Positions 48,086-58,184 of a stretch of DNA of 64,000 nucleotides are shown one piece after another. Below the pieces are notes generated by a model. That model made no database searches, was not told the DNA's origin, and saw only the letters and a program-made list of their open reading frames with translations. Made by a program: the position numbers and the translations under genes. How positions within the stretch are numbered: the first letter of the stretch is position 1; each line of letters begins with the position of its first letter. Origin of the DNA: Escherichia coli (GTDB lineage: Bacteria > Pseudomonadota > Gammaproteobacteria > Enterobacterales > Enterobacteriaceae). The DNA lies in assembly GCF_022846255.1 (NCBI RefSeq), contig NZ_AP025682.1, one strand, 5' to 3'.

Positions 48086-48379
48086 TTATTCCTTAAAGTC
48101 ATTGAAATCATCATCCGTCATATCATTAAGATATTGTTCAGCGCGGCGTGTAATTTCCTCTAATCTTGCGGCACTCGGACGGAAGCGCGCCTTAACCAGT
48201 TTTTTCTCCTCTTGTTCAGCAAGCATGTCCATTAACGCTTCAAATGCGCTGGCACTTAAGAGATATCCTGCGGGGCGATTATTAGAAAGAACCGCAACCG
48301 GTTGATCAATAAAGTATTTAGCTGGGTTTTTACGTAACTCAGTGATATTGACCGATTTTTCAGCGAGAATTCGATGCAT
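48086..48379 (-). CDS. yafN: Antitoxin YafN (Phd/YefM fold)
   Basis: 97 aa, MHRILAEKSVNITELRKNPAKYF... Confidence 0.85.
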   Translation of the reverse strand: MHRILAEKSVNITELRKNPAKYFIDQPVAVLSNNRPAGYLLSASAFEALMDMLAEQEEKKLVKARFRPSAARLEEITRRAEQYLNDMTDDDFNDFKE

Positions 48380-48430
48380 ACAGTGATCCCCTCATAATAA
48401 TGCACATCAGAATATACATAATAGTATACA

Positions 48431-49486
48431 TCATAATCCCAGCACCAGTTGTCTTTCCATTTGAGGGTCAAGTAACGTCACATGCAGCCCCACCAGACGC
48501 ACACCGCGCCCGCCACGGCGTTCATCCCAGGTTTTACGCGCGGTGGCGATTAAGTCAGCTTTATTCAGCCGCGGCCAGACGTGCTCCTGAGTGGTTTGCT
48601 GAAAATCATCAAACTTTAATTTCACCCCCTGGCGAGCAATCAGTAAATCAGGTTTTACCTTTGCCAGACGGCGTTCAAGTTCAGGATACAGCCGCTCGAT
48701 AATCGCTTCACATTCAGACCAGTGATGAATATCTTCCGCCATCGTGCGTTCCACGCCGACGGATTTTCGCAACCGTTCACTGTTAACGTCGCGCTCGTCA
48801 ATCCCCTGACTACGCTCCCACAAAATGCGGCCAAATTTGCCAAAACGTTTGAGCAGAGTCACCAGATCACACTTTTGCACATCACCGCAGGTCCGCAGCC
48901 CCATCGCTTCCAGTTTTGCCGCCGAGACTTTGCCGACGCCGGGAATTTTTGCCAGCGGTAAGGTTTGCAGAAATGCCGGAACTTCTGCCGGCGTAATCAC
49001 AAACTGGCCGTTGGGTTTATTCATGTCGGAGGCGATTTTGGCGAGAAACTTGACCGGCGCAACGCCCGCAGACGCCGTCAGTTGCAGCTCGTTGAAGATC
49101 GTCTGGCGGATTTCCTGGGCGATGAGGGTCGCAGAACCGTGGCAATGGACGCTATCGGTGACATCGAGATAGGCTTCATCCAGTGATAACGGTTCAATGC
49201 GCGAGGTATAGCGCGAGAAAATTTCGCGGATATGATTTGAGGCTTCTTTGTAGGCGTCAAAGCGCCCTGGAAGCAAGGTGAGATGCGGGCATAATTTGAG
49301 CGCCATCCCTGTCGGCATAGCGCTACGTACGCCAAATTTACGCGCGGGATAATTGGCGGTGCTGATTACCCCCCGTCGTTCGCGGCTGCCGCCAATAGCA
49401 ATAGGGATATCGCGCAGGGCGGGATTGTCGCGCATCTCCACCGCTGCGAAAAAGCAGTCCATATCCACATGAATGATTTTACGCAT
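48431..49486 (-). CDS. dinB: DNA polymerase IV
   Basis: 351 aa, [33 protein letters not shown]... (Y-family polymerase). Confidence 0.95.
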   Translation of the reverse strand: MRKIIHVDMDCFFAAVEMRDNPALRDIPIAIGGSRERRGVISTANYPARKFGVRSAMPTGMALKLCPHLTLLPGRFDAYKEASNHIREIFSRYTSRIEPLSLDEAYLDVTDSVHCHGSATLIAQEIRQTIFNELQLTASAGVAPVKFLAKIASDMNKPNGQFVITPAEVPAFLQTLPLAKIPGVGKVSAAKLEAMGLRTCGDVQKCDLVTLLKRFGKFGRILWERSQGIDERDVNSERLRKSVGVERTMAEDIHHWSECEAIIERLYPELERRLAKVKPDLLIARQGVKLKFDDFQQTTQEHVWPRLNKADLIATARKTWDERRGGRGVRLVGLHVTLLDPQMERQLVLGL

Positions 49487-49502
49487 TGCTCACCTCTCAA
49501 CA

Positions 49503-49518
49503 CTGGTAAAGTATACAG
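49503..49518 (-). promoter_or_regulatory. LexA (SOS) box upstream of dinB
   Basis: Minus strand reads CTGTATACTTTACCAG (CTGT-N8-ACAG class), 17 bp upstream of dinB ATG. Confidence 0.75.
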
Positions 49519-49556
49519 TGATTTCAGGGTTTGAGAAATGCGTAAAGATTCAGCAT

Positions 49557-50480
49557 TTAACGCGTTCGCTGCGAAAGCACCTGCTGCTTATCCAGCTTTT
49601 GCACCAGCGGCTGCACCACTTTATCCCCATGCTGACCAAAGTATTGATACAGCGTATCGGACGCGCTTTTAGTCAGCACCATAATCTCAATGCGCCGGTT
49701 GCCCGCGCTTTGCGGATTTTTCGCGTCCAGCAGCATCTGGTCCGCCATTGCGCTCACCTGCATCACTTTATCTTCCGGCATTCCTGCCTCTTCCAGCACC
49801 CGACGAGCCGAAAGCGCGCGGTCACCCGAAAGGTTCCAGTTGTTGTAGATATTGTTTTTGTAGGCCATCGCATCGGTATGCCCGGTAATAATAATTTTGT
49901 TATCGAGCGAGTCGAACACTGGCGCGAGCTCCACCAGCAGCGTTTTAAAGAACGGCATAATCTGCGCGCTGCCGCGTTCGAACATATTGCGATTCTGGTC
50001 GTCTTTAATCAGCACGCGTAATCCCTGCGGGACAATCTCCATCTCCAGATTCGCTTCCATATGCGCATCACGGGCAATGGTGTTGATGCTGGTTGCCAGC
50101 TCACCAAGCTCGGTGGCGGATTTCTTCTTCAGCAGCGCCGTTTTCTCGTTGACGTCGCGCGCTTTTTTCTCCGTCTCTTCCGGCACCGCCACGGTGGCAG
50201 GTTTTGACGGATGAGACGGGCTGATTTTATTTAACGGCGACAGCCCACCACCGTTAAAAATCGACTGCCCGTGCAGCGCGGCGATAATGCTTTCACGCTC
50301 GGATTTACTGACGCTATTGACAATCCACAGCGTCATAAATAGCGCCATCATCGCCAGGGTAAAGTCGGCGAACGCTACCTTCCACGCCCCGCCGTGGTGC
50401 CCGGCATGATTCTTTTTGATCTGCCGCCGGACGATGGTGGTTTTTGCCCCACGCTCGCGGCGGTTGCCCGTCTTTCTCAT
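49557..50480 (-). CDS. lafU: Lateral-flagellar stator protein, MotB-like
   Basis: 307 aa from MRKTGNRRERG...; TM segment then C-terminal OmpA-like peptidoglycan-binding domain. Confidence 0.85.
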   Translation of the reverse strand: MRKTGNRRERGAKTTIVRRQIKKNHAGHHGGAWKVAFADFTLAMMALFMTLWIVNSVSKSERESIIAALHGQSIFNGGGLSPLNKISPSHPSKPATVAVPEETEKKARDVNEKTALLKKKSATELGELATSINTIARDAHMEANLEMEIVPQGLRVLIKDDQNRNMFERGSAQIMPFFKTLLVELAPVFDSLDNKIIITGHTDAMAYKNNIYNNWNLSGDRALSARRVLEEAGMPEDKVMQVSAMADQMLLDAKNPQSAGNRRIEIMVLTKSASDTLYQYFGQHGDKVVQPLVQKLDKQQVLSQRTR

Positions 50481-50482
50481 GC

Positions 50483-51346
50483 TTATTCTTGCTCCAGCAT
50501 CGCATTCACCCATGCATCGAGGTTGGCGAAGGTCGGTTTGGACGCCAGATGCAGCAGCTTACGCCCGGCGTCCACCGCCAGCAGCGTCGGTTTGCCGCCC
50601 GCCTGGGCCACCAGCACGGTACGCACACACTCCAGCAGCGAATGTTCCGCCCGCGCCTGCTGTTCCATGGCGTTGGCGAGCGGGTCCATCAGGCAGTAGC
50701 AAATAAACACGCCTAAAAATGTCCCCACCAGCGCTGCCGCCACTTTCAGGCCAATCAGGGCGATAGAACCGTCAATTGACTGCATGGTGATGATGATGCC
50801 CAGCACTGCCGCGCAAATACCAAATCCCGGCATCGCTTCGGCGGTCCGTTGCAGCGAGCGTGACGGCGTTAACAGCGACTCTTCAGCGGTGTCCAGCTCC
50901 TGATCGAGAATGCCTTCCAGTTCATGGGCGTCGATTTTACCCATCGCCATCAGGCGAAAGTTATCGGCAATAAAAGTCACCAGCCGCTTCTGGGTTAACA
51001 CCAGCGGGTATTTCTGGAAAACGGTACTCTCTTCCGGCTGCTCAATATGCTGATCCAACATCCGCAGACCGCCGTTTTGTACCATTTCAAGCAACTCATA
51101 CAGGCACATTAATAGCTGGCGCTGAAACTCCGGCCCGAGCTGTTTTTTACTGATCACGCCTTTAATTTGATGGGCAATCTCTTTCAGCACATGTTTCGGG
51201 TTCCCAATAATCATCGCCCCGAAACCCGCACCCAAAATAATGATCATTTCCGCCGGTTGCCAGATAGCCACTAATTGGCCGCCCGCTTCAAAATAACCGC
51301 CAAATACGCAGCCGAGCACCACCAGTAAACCTAATATTTTTTGCAT
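50483..51346 (-). CDS. lafT: Lateral-flagellar stator protein, MotA-like
   Basis: 287 aa, four TM segments, MotA/TolQ/ExbB family. Confidence 0.85.
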   Translation of the reverse strand: MQKILGLLVVLGCVFGGYFEAGGQLVAIWQPAEMIIILGAGFGAMIIGNPKHVLKEIAHQIKGVISKKQLGPEFQRQLLMCLYELLEMVQNGGLRMLDQHIEQPEESTVFQKYPLVLTQKRLVTFIADNFRLMAMGKIDAHELEGILDQELDTAEESLLTPSRSLQRTAEAMPGFGICAAVLGIIITMQSIDGSIALIGLKVAAALVGTFLGVFICYCLMDPLANAMEQQARAEHSLLECVRTVLVAQAGGKPTLLAVDAGRKLLHLASKPTFANLDAWVNAMLEQE

Positions 51347-51358
51347 GATTTCTTCACT

Positions 51359-52078
51359 TTAATTCGGATAGACAAAATCACGAATTTTCTGCGCGATCTG
51401 TTTATTCAGTTGACAAATTCGGGCCTCGGTTAGCCCTAATACCAGCGCAATCTCTTTGAGATTCATCTCATGCTGGTAATACATGGAGAGGATCAGTTGC
51501 TCTTTTTCGCTTAATTGTGAAAGCGCGTGTTGCAGCATTTTCTGCGTGACAAACTGATCTTCCAGGTCTCTGCCAGCAAGCGGAATACCCGGTCCTTCGC
51601 CGTTCAGCAGTTCGTCCAGGCTGGCGAGCGTTTCCGCCCCTTCCAGTTGCTGATATTCGAGATAATCTTCATGCGAGATCCCTTCCTCAGCCAGCTCCTG
51701 CCACTCCGGTTCGTGCCCCAGTTTTTTACGCGTTTCGCGAATCAGGTCTTTCATCTGATGATATTTCTGTCGCAGCTGGCGCGGTCGCCAGTCGAGAGCG
51801 CGCAGCTCATCCAGGATCGCACCGCGAATACGGTGCACGGCATAGCCCGCAAAACCTTCGTCCGGCAGCCCATAGCGACGAATGGCCTTCAACAGCCCCA
51901 TTAACGCCGTTTGTTCCATATCCTGACGGTCAATAATGCAATTACACTGCGGGGCAAGGTGCCGCACCACTTTACGCACCAACGGTAAATAGGCCTGCAA
52001 GTAGTGGCTCTCCTGCTGCGGGGTTAATACCGGCGCGGCAGCAAATTCTTCTGACTCGAATAATACGTCCTGTAGCAT
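51359..52078 (-). CDS. lafS: Sigma-28 (FliA)-type sigma factor of the lateral system
   Basis: 239 aa; region 2 and region 4 HTH (...LKEIALVLGLTEARICQLNKQIAQKIR...). Confidence 0.85.
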   Translation of the reverse strand: MLQDVLFESEEFAAAPVLTPQQESHYLQAYLPLVRKVVRHLAPQCNCIIDRQDMEQTALMGLLKAIRRYGLPDEGFAGYAVHRIRGAILDELRALDWRPRQLRQKYHQMKDLIRETRKKLGHEPEWQELAEEGISHEDYLEYQQLEGAETLASLDELLNGEGPGIPLAGRDLEDQFVTQKMLQHALSQLSEKEQLILSMYYQHEMNLKEIALVLGLTEARICQLNKQIAQKIRDFVYPN

Positions 52079-52097
52079 GTTTATATCCGCCTGGTGA

Positions 52098-52565
52098 TTA
52101 CTGGAAGACCACTTTTTTCACCAGTAAATCCTTATACGGTGCGCTCATTTTGCGACGCTGAAGATCTTTCTTTAACGCATCCGAAATCAGTTTGCGGATG
52201 GCAGATATTTTCATGCCGCGCAAATCTTCAAATTTCATTTCCGTCAGGCATTCAACTGCAATACTTTGATACAGAGGCTCCTGATGTTTTATTTTTTCCG
52301 CCTCTTTGTCACTGGCGACCACCATCACTAATTCCGCCGACAAATAATGATCCGCGCCGTTGTTGTCATGCAAAGTGACAATGGTTTCCGGCAGCGTCAC
52401 AAATACGCTCTTGCTCTCATCCAGAGCTTCCACCGATTCCGTTTGCGCGGCGGTAGTCGGTTTTCCTTTTCCGGCATAATGATGCCAGACACTCCATCCT
52501 GCTCCAGCGCCGACCACCAACGCCAGAACGGCGCTGACCACGCCTGCCACCACGATTTTCTTCAT
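52098..52565 (-). CDS. lafF: FliL-like flagellar basal-body-associated protein
   Basis: 155 aa, single N-terminal TM segment. Confidence 0.75.
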   Translation of the reverse strand: MKKIVVAGVVSAVLALVVGAGAGWSVWHHYAGKGKPTTAAQTESVEALDESKSVFVTLPETIVTLHDNNGADHYLSAELVMVVASDKEAEKIKHQEPLYQSIAVECLTEMKFEDLRGMKISAIRKLISDALKKDLQRRKMSAPYKDLLVKKVVFQ

Positions 52566-52572
52566 ATTGCCT

Positions 52573-53634
52573 TTACACTTTGATCAAAACGGATTCGTTC
52601 TGTTGAAATTGAGGCGCATCATCAAGCTGTAAGGCGGCACTCACCTCTTCCTGCTGATGGCCCGACTGTTGTTGCTGCTGCGACTGCCCTTCGGAGGAGA
52701 CCTGTACGTTCACCTCCATAAAATTTTGCGCCGTCAGATGCTGGCGGAGATCGTCGCTAAACTGCTGTAACGCGCGGCAAACTTCACTTTGGTTCGCGCC
52801 GATGTGCACCATCAGTTTGCCGTTGTCGAGTTGTACGGCGATCTCGAGCTTGCCAAGCGACGGTGGATCGAGACGGATGGTGGAGATCTGCTGTTGTTTG
52901 TTGAGCTGAAAGTGGATCTGATCTTTCAACAGCGTCGTCAGTTTTTCGCCCAGTTCGTCGATCGAAAGCGTGGCTGGTTTGGCGACAATCTCCTGATGAT
53001 CGCTGACCAGCTCCGGCGTCTTAACCTGCAACACCGCACGCGCAATAACCAGTTCGCTGTCCGACACTTTTTCCGTTTTACGCTCGACCTGCGGGCGCGC
53101 GTTCACACGGGTTAGTTCAGGTTTCGGGCGAGCTGGCTGTGTTGAGACGCGCGGCTGCGTCGGTGCAATGGCATGTAAATCTTCACTGGCGTAAGTCGCC
53201 AGTCTGGCCTGCTGTTCGGGTTTCGCCTGCGGCAACTGACCGATCAGCTCCTGCAACTGCGGCGGCAACGGCGTGAGTTCCTGCTGCTGCGTCGGGCGTT
53301 GCGCCGCGTTTTGCACCACCGCTTTCGTCAATTGCTGGATAACCGGCGATGTTGCGACGTTTCGCGGCTGCGGCGTGTCCTGATGCGGCGCGGCAGGTTG
53401 CGGAAGTAACAGCGCCATTAGCGCCTGCATCGCCACCGGATCGTTCTCCTGCGGGCGCGTCGCCTGTTGCTGACTGGTTTTTGCGCTATGAACGCGCTCC
53501 GCCACCGCCGCGACCGCCATTTTCGGCAGGGTAAACGCGGGCGCGTTTTCACTACTCACCGGCGGTAAAATATCCGCTTTCAGCGACGCCGTTTCCGCAA
53601 GTGTTCCGAGCGTGGCAAGCAATGCCGGATTCAT
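52573..53634 (-). CDS. lafE: Hook-length control protein, FliK-like
   Basis: 353 aa, Pro/Gln-rich middle, C-terminal FliK domain (...RLDPPSLGKLEIAVQLDNGKLMVHIGANQ...). Confidence 0.75.
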   Translation of the reverse strand: MNPALLATLGTLAETASLKADILPPVSSENAPAFTLPKMAVAAVAERVHSAKTSQQQATRPQENDPVAMQALMALLLPQPAAPHQDTPQPRNVATSPVIQQLTKAVVQNAAQRPTQQQELTPLPPQLQELIGQLPQAKPEQQARLATYASEDLHAIAPTQPRVSTQPARPKPELTRVNARPQVERKTEKVSDSELVIARAVLQVKTPELVSDHQEIVAKPATLSIDELGEKLTTLLKDQIHFQLNKQQQISTIRLDPPSLGKLEIAVQLDNGKLMVHIGANQSEVCRALQQFSDDLRQHLTAQNFMEVNVQVSSEGQSQQQQQSGHQQEEVSAALQLDDAPQFQQNESVLIKV

Positions 53635-53942
53635 GACTTCTCCGAAAGTAAATTAACAATTGAGTAGGCCAGTACGCCTTCCTGATGCCGCTGATGCTGT
53701 TCCATACGCGCCTTCAACACTTCTGCACGCTGCTCGCGCCGTTTAATCAGGGCATTAAACGCGCCGTACAGCTGCGCCTTCACCGCACACAACTGCGCCG
53801 CGTCGGTTTCCGCCGCCACGTAATCGTGAAACTGGCGCATCAACTGCTGATGCAGTGCCGGAAGGCGTCGCCAGCGTTGCTTGTCGAGGGCTTCGTTCAT
53901 CGCTTCAACCAGCGCGAAAAGTTGCCTGCGTTGTTTTTCCAT
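53631..53942 (-). CDS. lafD: FliT-like flagellar export chaperone (by position after fliS homolog)
   Basis: Helical 103 aa from MEKQRRQLFALVEAMNEALDK; alternative GTG start at 53984 would overlap lafC. Confidence 0.5.
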   Translation of the reverse strand: MEKQRRQLFALVEAMNEALDKQRWRRLPALHQQLMRQFHDYVAAETDAAQLCAVKAQLYGAFNALIKRREQRAEVLKARMEQHQRHQEGVLAYSIVNLLSEKS

Positions 53943-53946
53943 CGTC

Positions 53947-54339
53947 TTAACCCAGCTTGCCCGAAAGCCCTTCCCAGCCTTCACGCAGGTTGCTTAAGAT
54001 CAGCATCACTTCATCGATTTTCTCTGCCGACAGTTCGCCGCTGGCCTCATACAAGCGATACACACAGTGGTCATAGAGGCGCGAAAGGTTGACCACCAGC
54101 TCGCCGCCAGTTTCAAACTCCAGCGAACTGGTGAGCGCATTGAGAATGTCGATGCATTTATTGATGCTCTGGGCTTTCTTCTCGAAACGCCGCCCTTCAA
54201 TATGGCTTTTGGCGCGTTCCAGCTCGTCCATCAGACCAGAAAACAGCACCAGCACCAGTTCCAGAGGCGATGCCGCCGCAGTACGCGCCGCGAGATCGAT
54301 CTCTTTATATTGCGAATAGCCGTCCTGTACTTGGTACAT
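53947..54339 (-). CDS. lafC: FliS-like flagellin-specific chaperone
   Basis: 130 aa, MYQVQDGYSQYKEIDLAARTAAASPLELVLVLFSGLMDELERAK... Confidence 0.8.
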   Translation of the reverse strand: MYQVQDGYSQYKEIDLAARTAAASPLELVLVLFSGLMDELERAKSHIEGRRFEKKAQSINKCIDILNALTSSLEFETGGELVVNLSRLYDHCVYRLYEASGELSAEKIDEVMLILSNLREGWEGLSGKLG

Positions 54340-54361
54340 CTTTAGGGATATTCCTTCTGAG

Positions 54362-55678
54362 TTACGCGAATGCCGCCATGCTGGCTTTCATGGTGTACAC
54401 CTCGACCAGCGTGTTGGTGTACTCCTCGAGATAACGGTCGTAGTTGGCGTTATAGGTATCAGTAAGCTGATCGCCTTCGTCCTGAATTTTGCTCATCTGA
54501 TCGTCAATGTTCTGCTGGCGCAGGGTGATGATGCCGTTGCTGGAGTCCGTGTAGGTGTTAATCAGGTCGTCCATCTGTGCCACCATGCTGTTGTCGCCAA
54601 CGAAAATAGAGGTCAGACCGTCAGGATTTTTCGCCATTTCGTCGTTGAACTGGTCGGAGTCAATCTGTAAGTGGCCGTGAGAATCAAGCGTGATGCCATA
54701 GTCAACAATCGACACCCCGTTGTAGCTGGCATGGGCGATATCATCGAGCTGGTTCGCCAGTGAGCTGAGTCCGGCGTCACCCGCAAATACCCCGGCGCTG
54801 GTACTGTCATCACCGTGGGTGGTCAACGAATCAACCGTATCAATCAAGGTGTTATAAGCATCAACAAAGGTCTGTACTTTCTCCTGGCTGGCGCTGGAAT
54901 CTTCGCTGATGTTAAAGGTAGTGAGATCGCTGTCAGAATCGCTGACTTCGGTGAAAGTCATGGTGACGCCGGGGATCACATCATCAAAGGTATTGCTGCT
55001 ATTAGTGATCTCTGGCCCCGTGGCGCTGCCGAGATGAATAATCGCGTCCTGGGCGGAGGAAACATCCGTAGCAACAGGCGCGCTGGCGCTGTCGTTGCTG
55101 GCGTCATGCCCCGTTACGCTCACCGAAAATGCGCTCTGCGCCCCGGTGCTATCGGAGGTGAGCATAATCGTGGTGGTGCCGTCGGTTTTTACCAGTGCCG
55201 CCGACACGCCCGGATTGTCATCAGAGTCGTTAATCGCATTCACCAGTTCACTGGCGTCGATAAAACCGTCGCCGTCACCGTTCTGATCTGCCGCCGACAG
55301 ATCAATATCCATGGTGCTGTCGCCCATCGTCAGTTCGAAGGTGCCGGTAGCGGAAAAGGCGTCGTCGCCCATACTGAACGTGGTTTGCTGCCCCTGTGCC
55401 AGTTGCTCAACGAAAAATGAGTAGCTTCCCGCCTGCACCTGCGAGTTAGCGGAAACGGTCGCCGAGTCATTATTGCTGGTGGCGGCAAACGTCACCGGGC
55501 CGTCAGTATCGCTGTTCAGCGCGTCAACGGCGCTCTGAAAATCGCTCAACGCTGAGCTGAGCGAGTCCAGGCCGCTGCTTTCAGCATCCAGCTCGCTCTG
55601 CTTCTCCTGCAAATTGGCTGCCTGAGTGGCAACATCCGCATAAGCGATTTCTTGCGCAATGGTTCTTGGGTTGATCAT
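54362..55678 (-). CDS. lafB: Flagellar filament cap (HAP2), FliD-like
   Basis: 438 aa, N- and C-terminal heptad regions typical of FliD. Confidence 0.8.
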   Translation of the reverse strand: MINPRTIAQEIAYADVATQAANLQEKQSELDAESSGLDSLSSALSDFQSAVDALNSDTDGPVTFAATSNNDSATVSANSQVQAGSYSFFVEQLAQGQQTTFSMGDDAFSATGTFELTMGDSTMDIDLSAADQNGDGDGFIDASELVNAINDSDDNPGVSAALVKTDGTTTIMLTSDSTGAQSAFSVSVTGHDASNDSASAPVATDVSSAQDAIIHLGSATGPEITNSSNTFDDVIPGVTMTFTEVSDSDSDLTTFNISEDSSASQEKVQTFVDAYNTLIDTVDSLTTHGDDSTSAGVFAGDAGLSSLANQLDDIAHASYNGVSIVDYGITLDSHGHLQIDSDQFNDEMAKNPDGLTSIFVGDNSMVAQMDDLINTYTDSSNGIITLRQQNIDDQMSKIQDEGDQLTDTYNANYDRYLEEYTNTLVEVYTMKASMAAFA

Positions 55679-55812
55679 TGATGACTCCGGATAACGATGT
55701 CAGGTTATTGGCAAAAGGCGTGCCAATAATTTTTATGTGAATAATCAATAAATTGAAAAAGGGGCGGAAATGGTGTTTCCGGTCTGGCGGAAAAAAGCCT
55801 GCCGCTGAAAGC

Positions 55813-55873
<61 letters not shown>

Positions 55874-55883
55874 AAGTCCGCCA

Positions 55884-56798
55884 TTACTGCAGCAGGCTGG
55901 AAACCATGCTGGACATGCTGTTGGACTGTTTCAGCATGGTGATGCCGGTCTGCATCAGCACCTGCTGTTTAGTCATGTTGGACGCTTCCGTCGCGTAGTC
56001 GGTATCCATAATGTTACCGATAGCGACTTCGGTGTTGTCCTGCATACTGGTCAGGTTATTAGCGGTGTCGTTCAGACGGTTGATAGACGCCCCCAGCTTG
56101 GACTGGATCTGCGAAACATCATCCATCGCGGTAGAAATGCTGGTGATCATCTGGTTAGCCGAGCCAGACGCAGTCAGCTCAGTACCGCCAGAAACGCCTG
56201 CGGTGCCAGTGGTGTCAGCCTGATCCGCACTGAAGGAGTTGCTGATAGCAGAAAGATCCGTCACCAGGGTATTCAGCTGGCTTGAAATATTCACGGTCAT
56301 GGTGTCGGAAGATTCCGCGCCCACCTGGAAAGTTACTGCGCTCTGGAACAGACCGTCAGTACCGGTGTTGCTGGTACCGGAAACACCGAACAGGTTGGTG
56401 CCGCCGTAAGTGGTGTTTTGCAGCATGTCAGACATCTGCTGACCCAGTTCATCGTATTCGTCCTGCATCGCCTGCAGATCGTCGTCGCTGTAGGTGCCGT
56501 TCGCTGCCTGAGTTGACAGGTCTTTCATACGACCCAGCACATCAGACATTTCGTCGAACATGCTGTCAGCGGTTTGCAGCATCGCGGTGGCATCATTGAT
56601 GTTGCTCAGCGCCACACCCATACCGCTGGACTGTGCTGTCAGACGGTTAGCAATTTGTTTGCCTGCGGCGTCATCGGCAGAAGAGTTAATCCGGTTACCC
56701 GTTGCCAGGCGTTCCATAGATGTAGACAGAGAAGAGCTGCTTTTACTGATTGCATTAACGGCGGCCATTGAGGCGTTATTGGTGTTAATAGATAACAT
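55884..56798 (-). CDS. lafA: Lateral flagellin
   Basis: 304 aa from MLSINTNNASMAAVNAISKSSSSL... to ...MLKQSNSMSSMVSSLLQ with AAGGAG SD (track ORF extends 22 codons upstream). Confidence 0.85.
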   Translation of the reverse strand: MLSINTNNASMAAVNAISKSSSSLSTSMERLATGNRINSSADDAAGKQIANRLTAQSSGMGVALSNINDATAMLQTADSMFDEMSDVLGRMKDLSTQAANGTYSDDDLQAMQDEYDELGQQMSDMLQNTTYGGTNLFGVSGTSNTGTDGLFQSAVTFQVGAESSDTMTVNISSQLNTLVTDLSAISNSFSADQADTTGTAGVSGGTELTASGSANQMITSISTAMDDVSQIQSKLGASINRLNDTANNLTSMQDNTEVAIGNIMDTDYATEASNMTKQQVLMQTGITMLKQSNSMSSMVSSLLQ

Positions 56799-57232
56799 GA
56801 TACTGCTCCTTGGGATTAATCGTTTTCGTTTCGATACCCTGTAAAAACGACACCTCAGGAGCAAACTTAAAATCGCCGTTAAAATTTTTTCGCCACGTAT
56901 TATCCGATGCCACTTTTAGCTAAAAAAAGCAGAGGTTAAATTCAGATAAAAAGATTATTAGCAATATCTGCCACATGGCCAGGAATCAAAATATGTCTTT
57001 ATCAAATGCTTGATATAGTTAAGATTGTCATCAATTAACGCGTTTTCTTCTCAATGTACTGATGCCAAAATTTACATTGCGTTGCAAATAGTACACGTTT
57101 AGCTATTGTGCCTGTCCTGTCATTTCGTTACATTTCCACGCCATATAGTGATTAAGAATAATCCTATTACCATAAAATATTAATTATCACGCAGAAAAAT
57201 CATCTTCTCAGGGACGTATAAGACTGTGCTTT

Positions 57233-58126
57233 ATGCAAAGCACTATCAGGAAACATTTATCCCTTGCTAAGGTAAACTCAACTATGAGTATTATTATCAA
57301 CAACTGGCGGATGGACCCGTCGCTTAATGCCTTAATACATTGCGAAACGGGTGAAACACGTCGTCTCGGCGAATACCATTTTATTTTGCTGGAAACATTA
57401 GCAAAAAATGCCGATGTGGTTTTATCGCGATCTTATTTATGTGCCGAAGTATGGAAGAACCGCATTGTCGGCGGTAACAGCCTGCCGACGGCGATCCACG
57501 CTCTGCGCGTTGCCATTGATGATGACGGCAAGCAACAGAACATTATTAAAACCATCCCGAAAAAAGGGTACCTGTGCAATAAAGAGTATGTGTCTTTGCC
57601 GGAGTCATCGCCTGCAGAAGCGCTGATTATTACCGACCAGATACAAGATACAGCCCCAGAAGAGATATCTTCGACAACACCGCCTGTACCTGTTAGAAAA
57701 AAACATAAAGGACTGATGGGGTTAGCGTTGGCCGCAGCTGTTATATTTATTGGCTCGACCGTGGGGTATTCACACTTGAAAAGTACACCTGACGCCCCGC
57801 AACTGGTAAAAGAGTCAATTAACAGTCCAAGAATAAAAATATTTCATTTAACTTCTGCTGGAGAAAATAATTCCGTACCGTTACTATCACAAACCCTCGC
57901 ACCAGGAAAAGACAAACTCGATAATTTATTGTCAGCGCATAATATGACAATGACAACCTATTATAAATATGTTCGTAACCGACTGGAGAGTGATATTGTT
58001 CTGCGCAACCAGTGCAATGGTAGCTGGCAATTAACCTTTAATGTGGAAGGTTGGCAGAACAGCGATATTAATAGCGCGATGTATCAGAATTTAGAGAAGT
58101 TGTTAAATACTGTGCAGAAATGCTGA
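57233..58126 (+). CDS. lafZ: ToxR/CadC-like membrane-anchored transcriptional regulator
   Basis: 297 aa; N-terminal OmpR/PhoB-type winged helix, one TM segment (GLMGLALAAAVIFIGSTV), periplasmic C-terminus; divergent from lafA. Confidence 0.65.
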   Translation: MQSTIRKHLSLAKVNSTMSIIINNWRMDPSLNALIHCETGETRRLGEYHFILLETLAKNADVVLSRSYLCAEVWKNRIVGGNSLPTAIHALRVAIDDDGKQQNIIKTIPKKGYLCNKEYVSLPESSPAEALIITDQIQDTAPEEISSTTPPVPVRKKHKGLMGLALAAAVIFIGSTVGYSHLKSTPDAPQLVKESINSPRIKIFHLTSAGENNSVPLLSQTLAPGKDKLDNLLSAHNMTMTTYYKYVRNRLESDIVLRNQCNGSWQLTFNVEGWQNSDINSAMYQNLEKLLNTVQKC

Positions 58127-58141
58127 TGAGTGCCAATATAT

Positions 58142-58178
58142 GCCGGATGCGACGCTAAACGCGTCTTATCCGGCCTAC
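58142..58178. repeat. REP (palindromic unit)
   Basis: GCCGGATGCGACGCTAAACGCGTCTTATCCGGCCTAC, canonical REP between lafZ and lafW. Confidence 0.7.
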
Positions 58179-58184
58179 CGATAA

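Noticed and set aside
56799-57232. Sigma-28-type promoter (TAAAGTTT-N11-GCCGATAA) upstream of lafA
   Set aside because: Only weak partial matches found by eye (for example TTAAGTTT...GTCGTTTT); not confident enough to annotate. Needs a scan with a position weight matrix.
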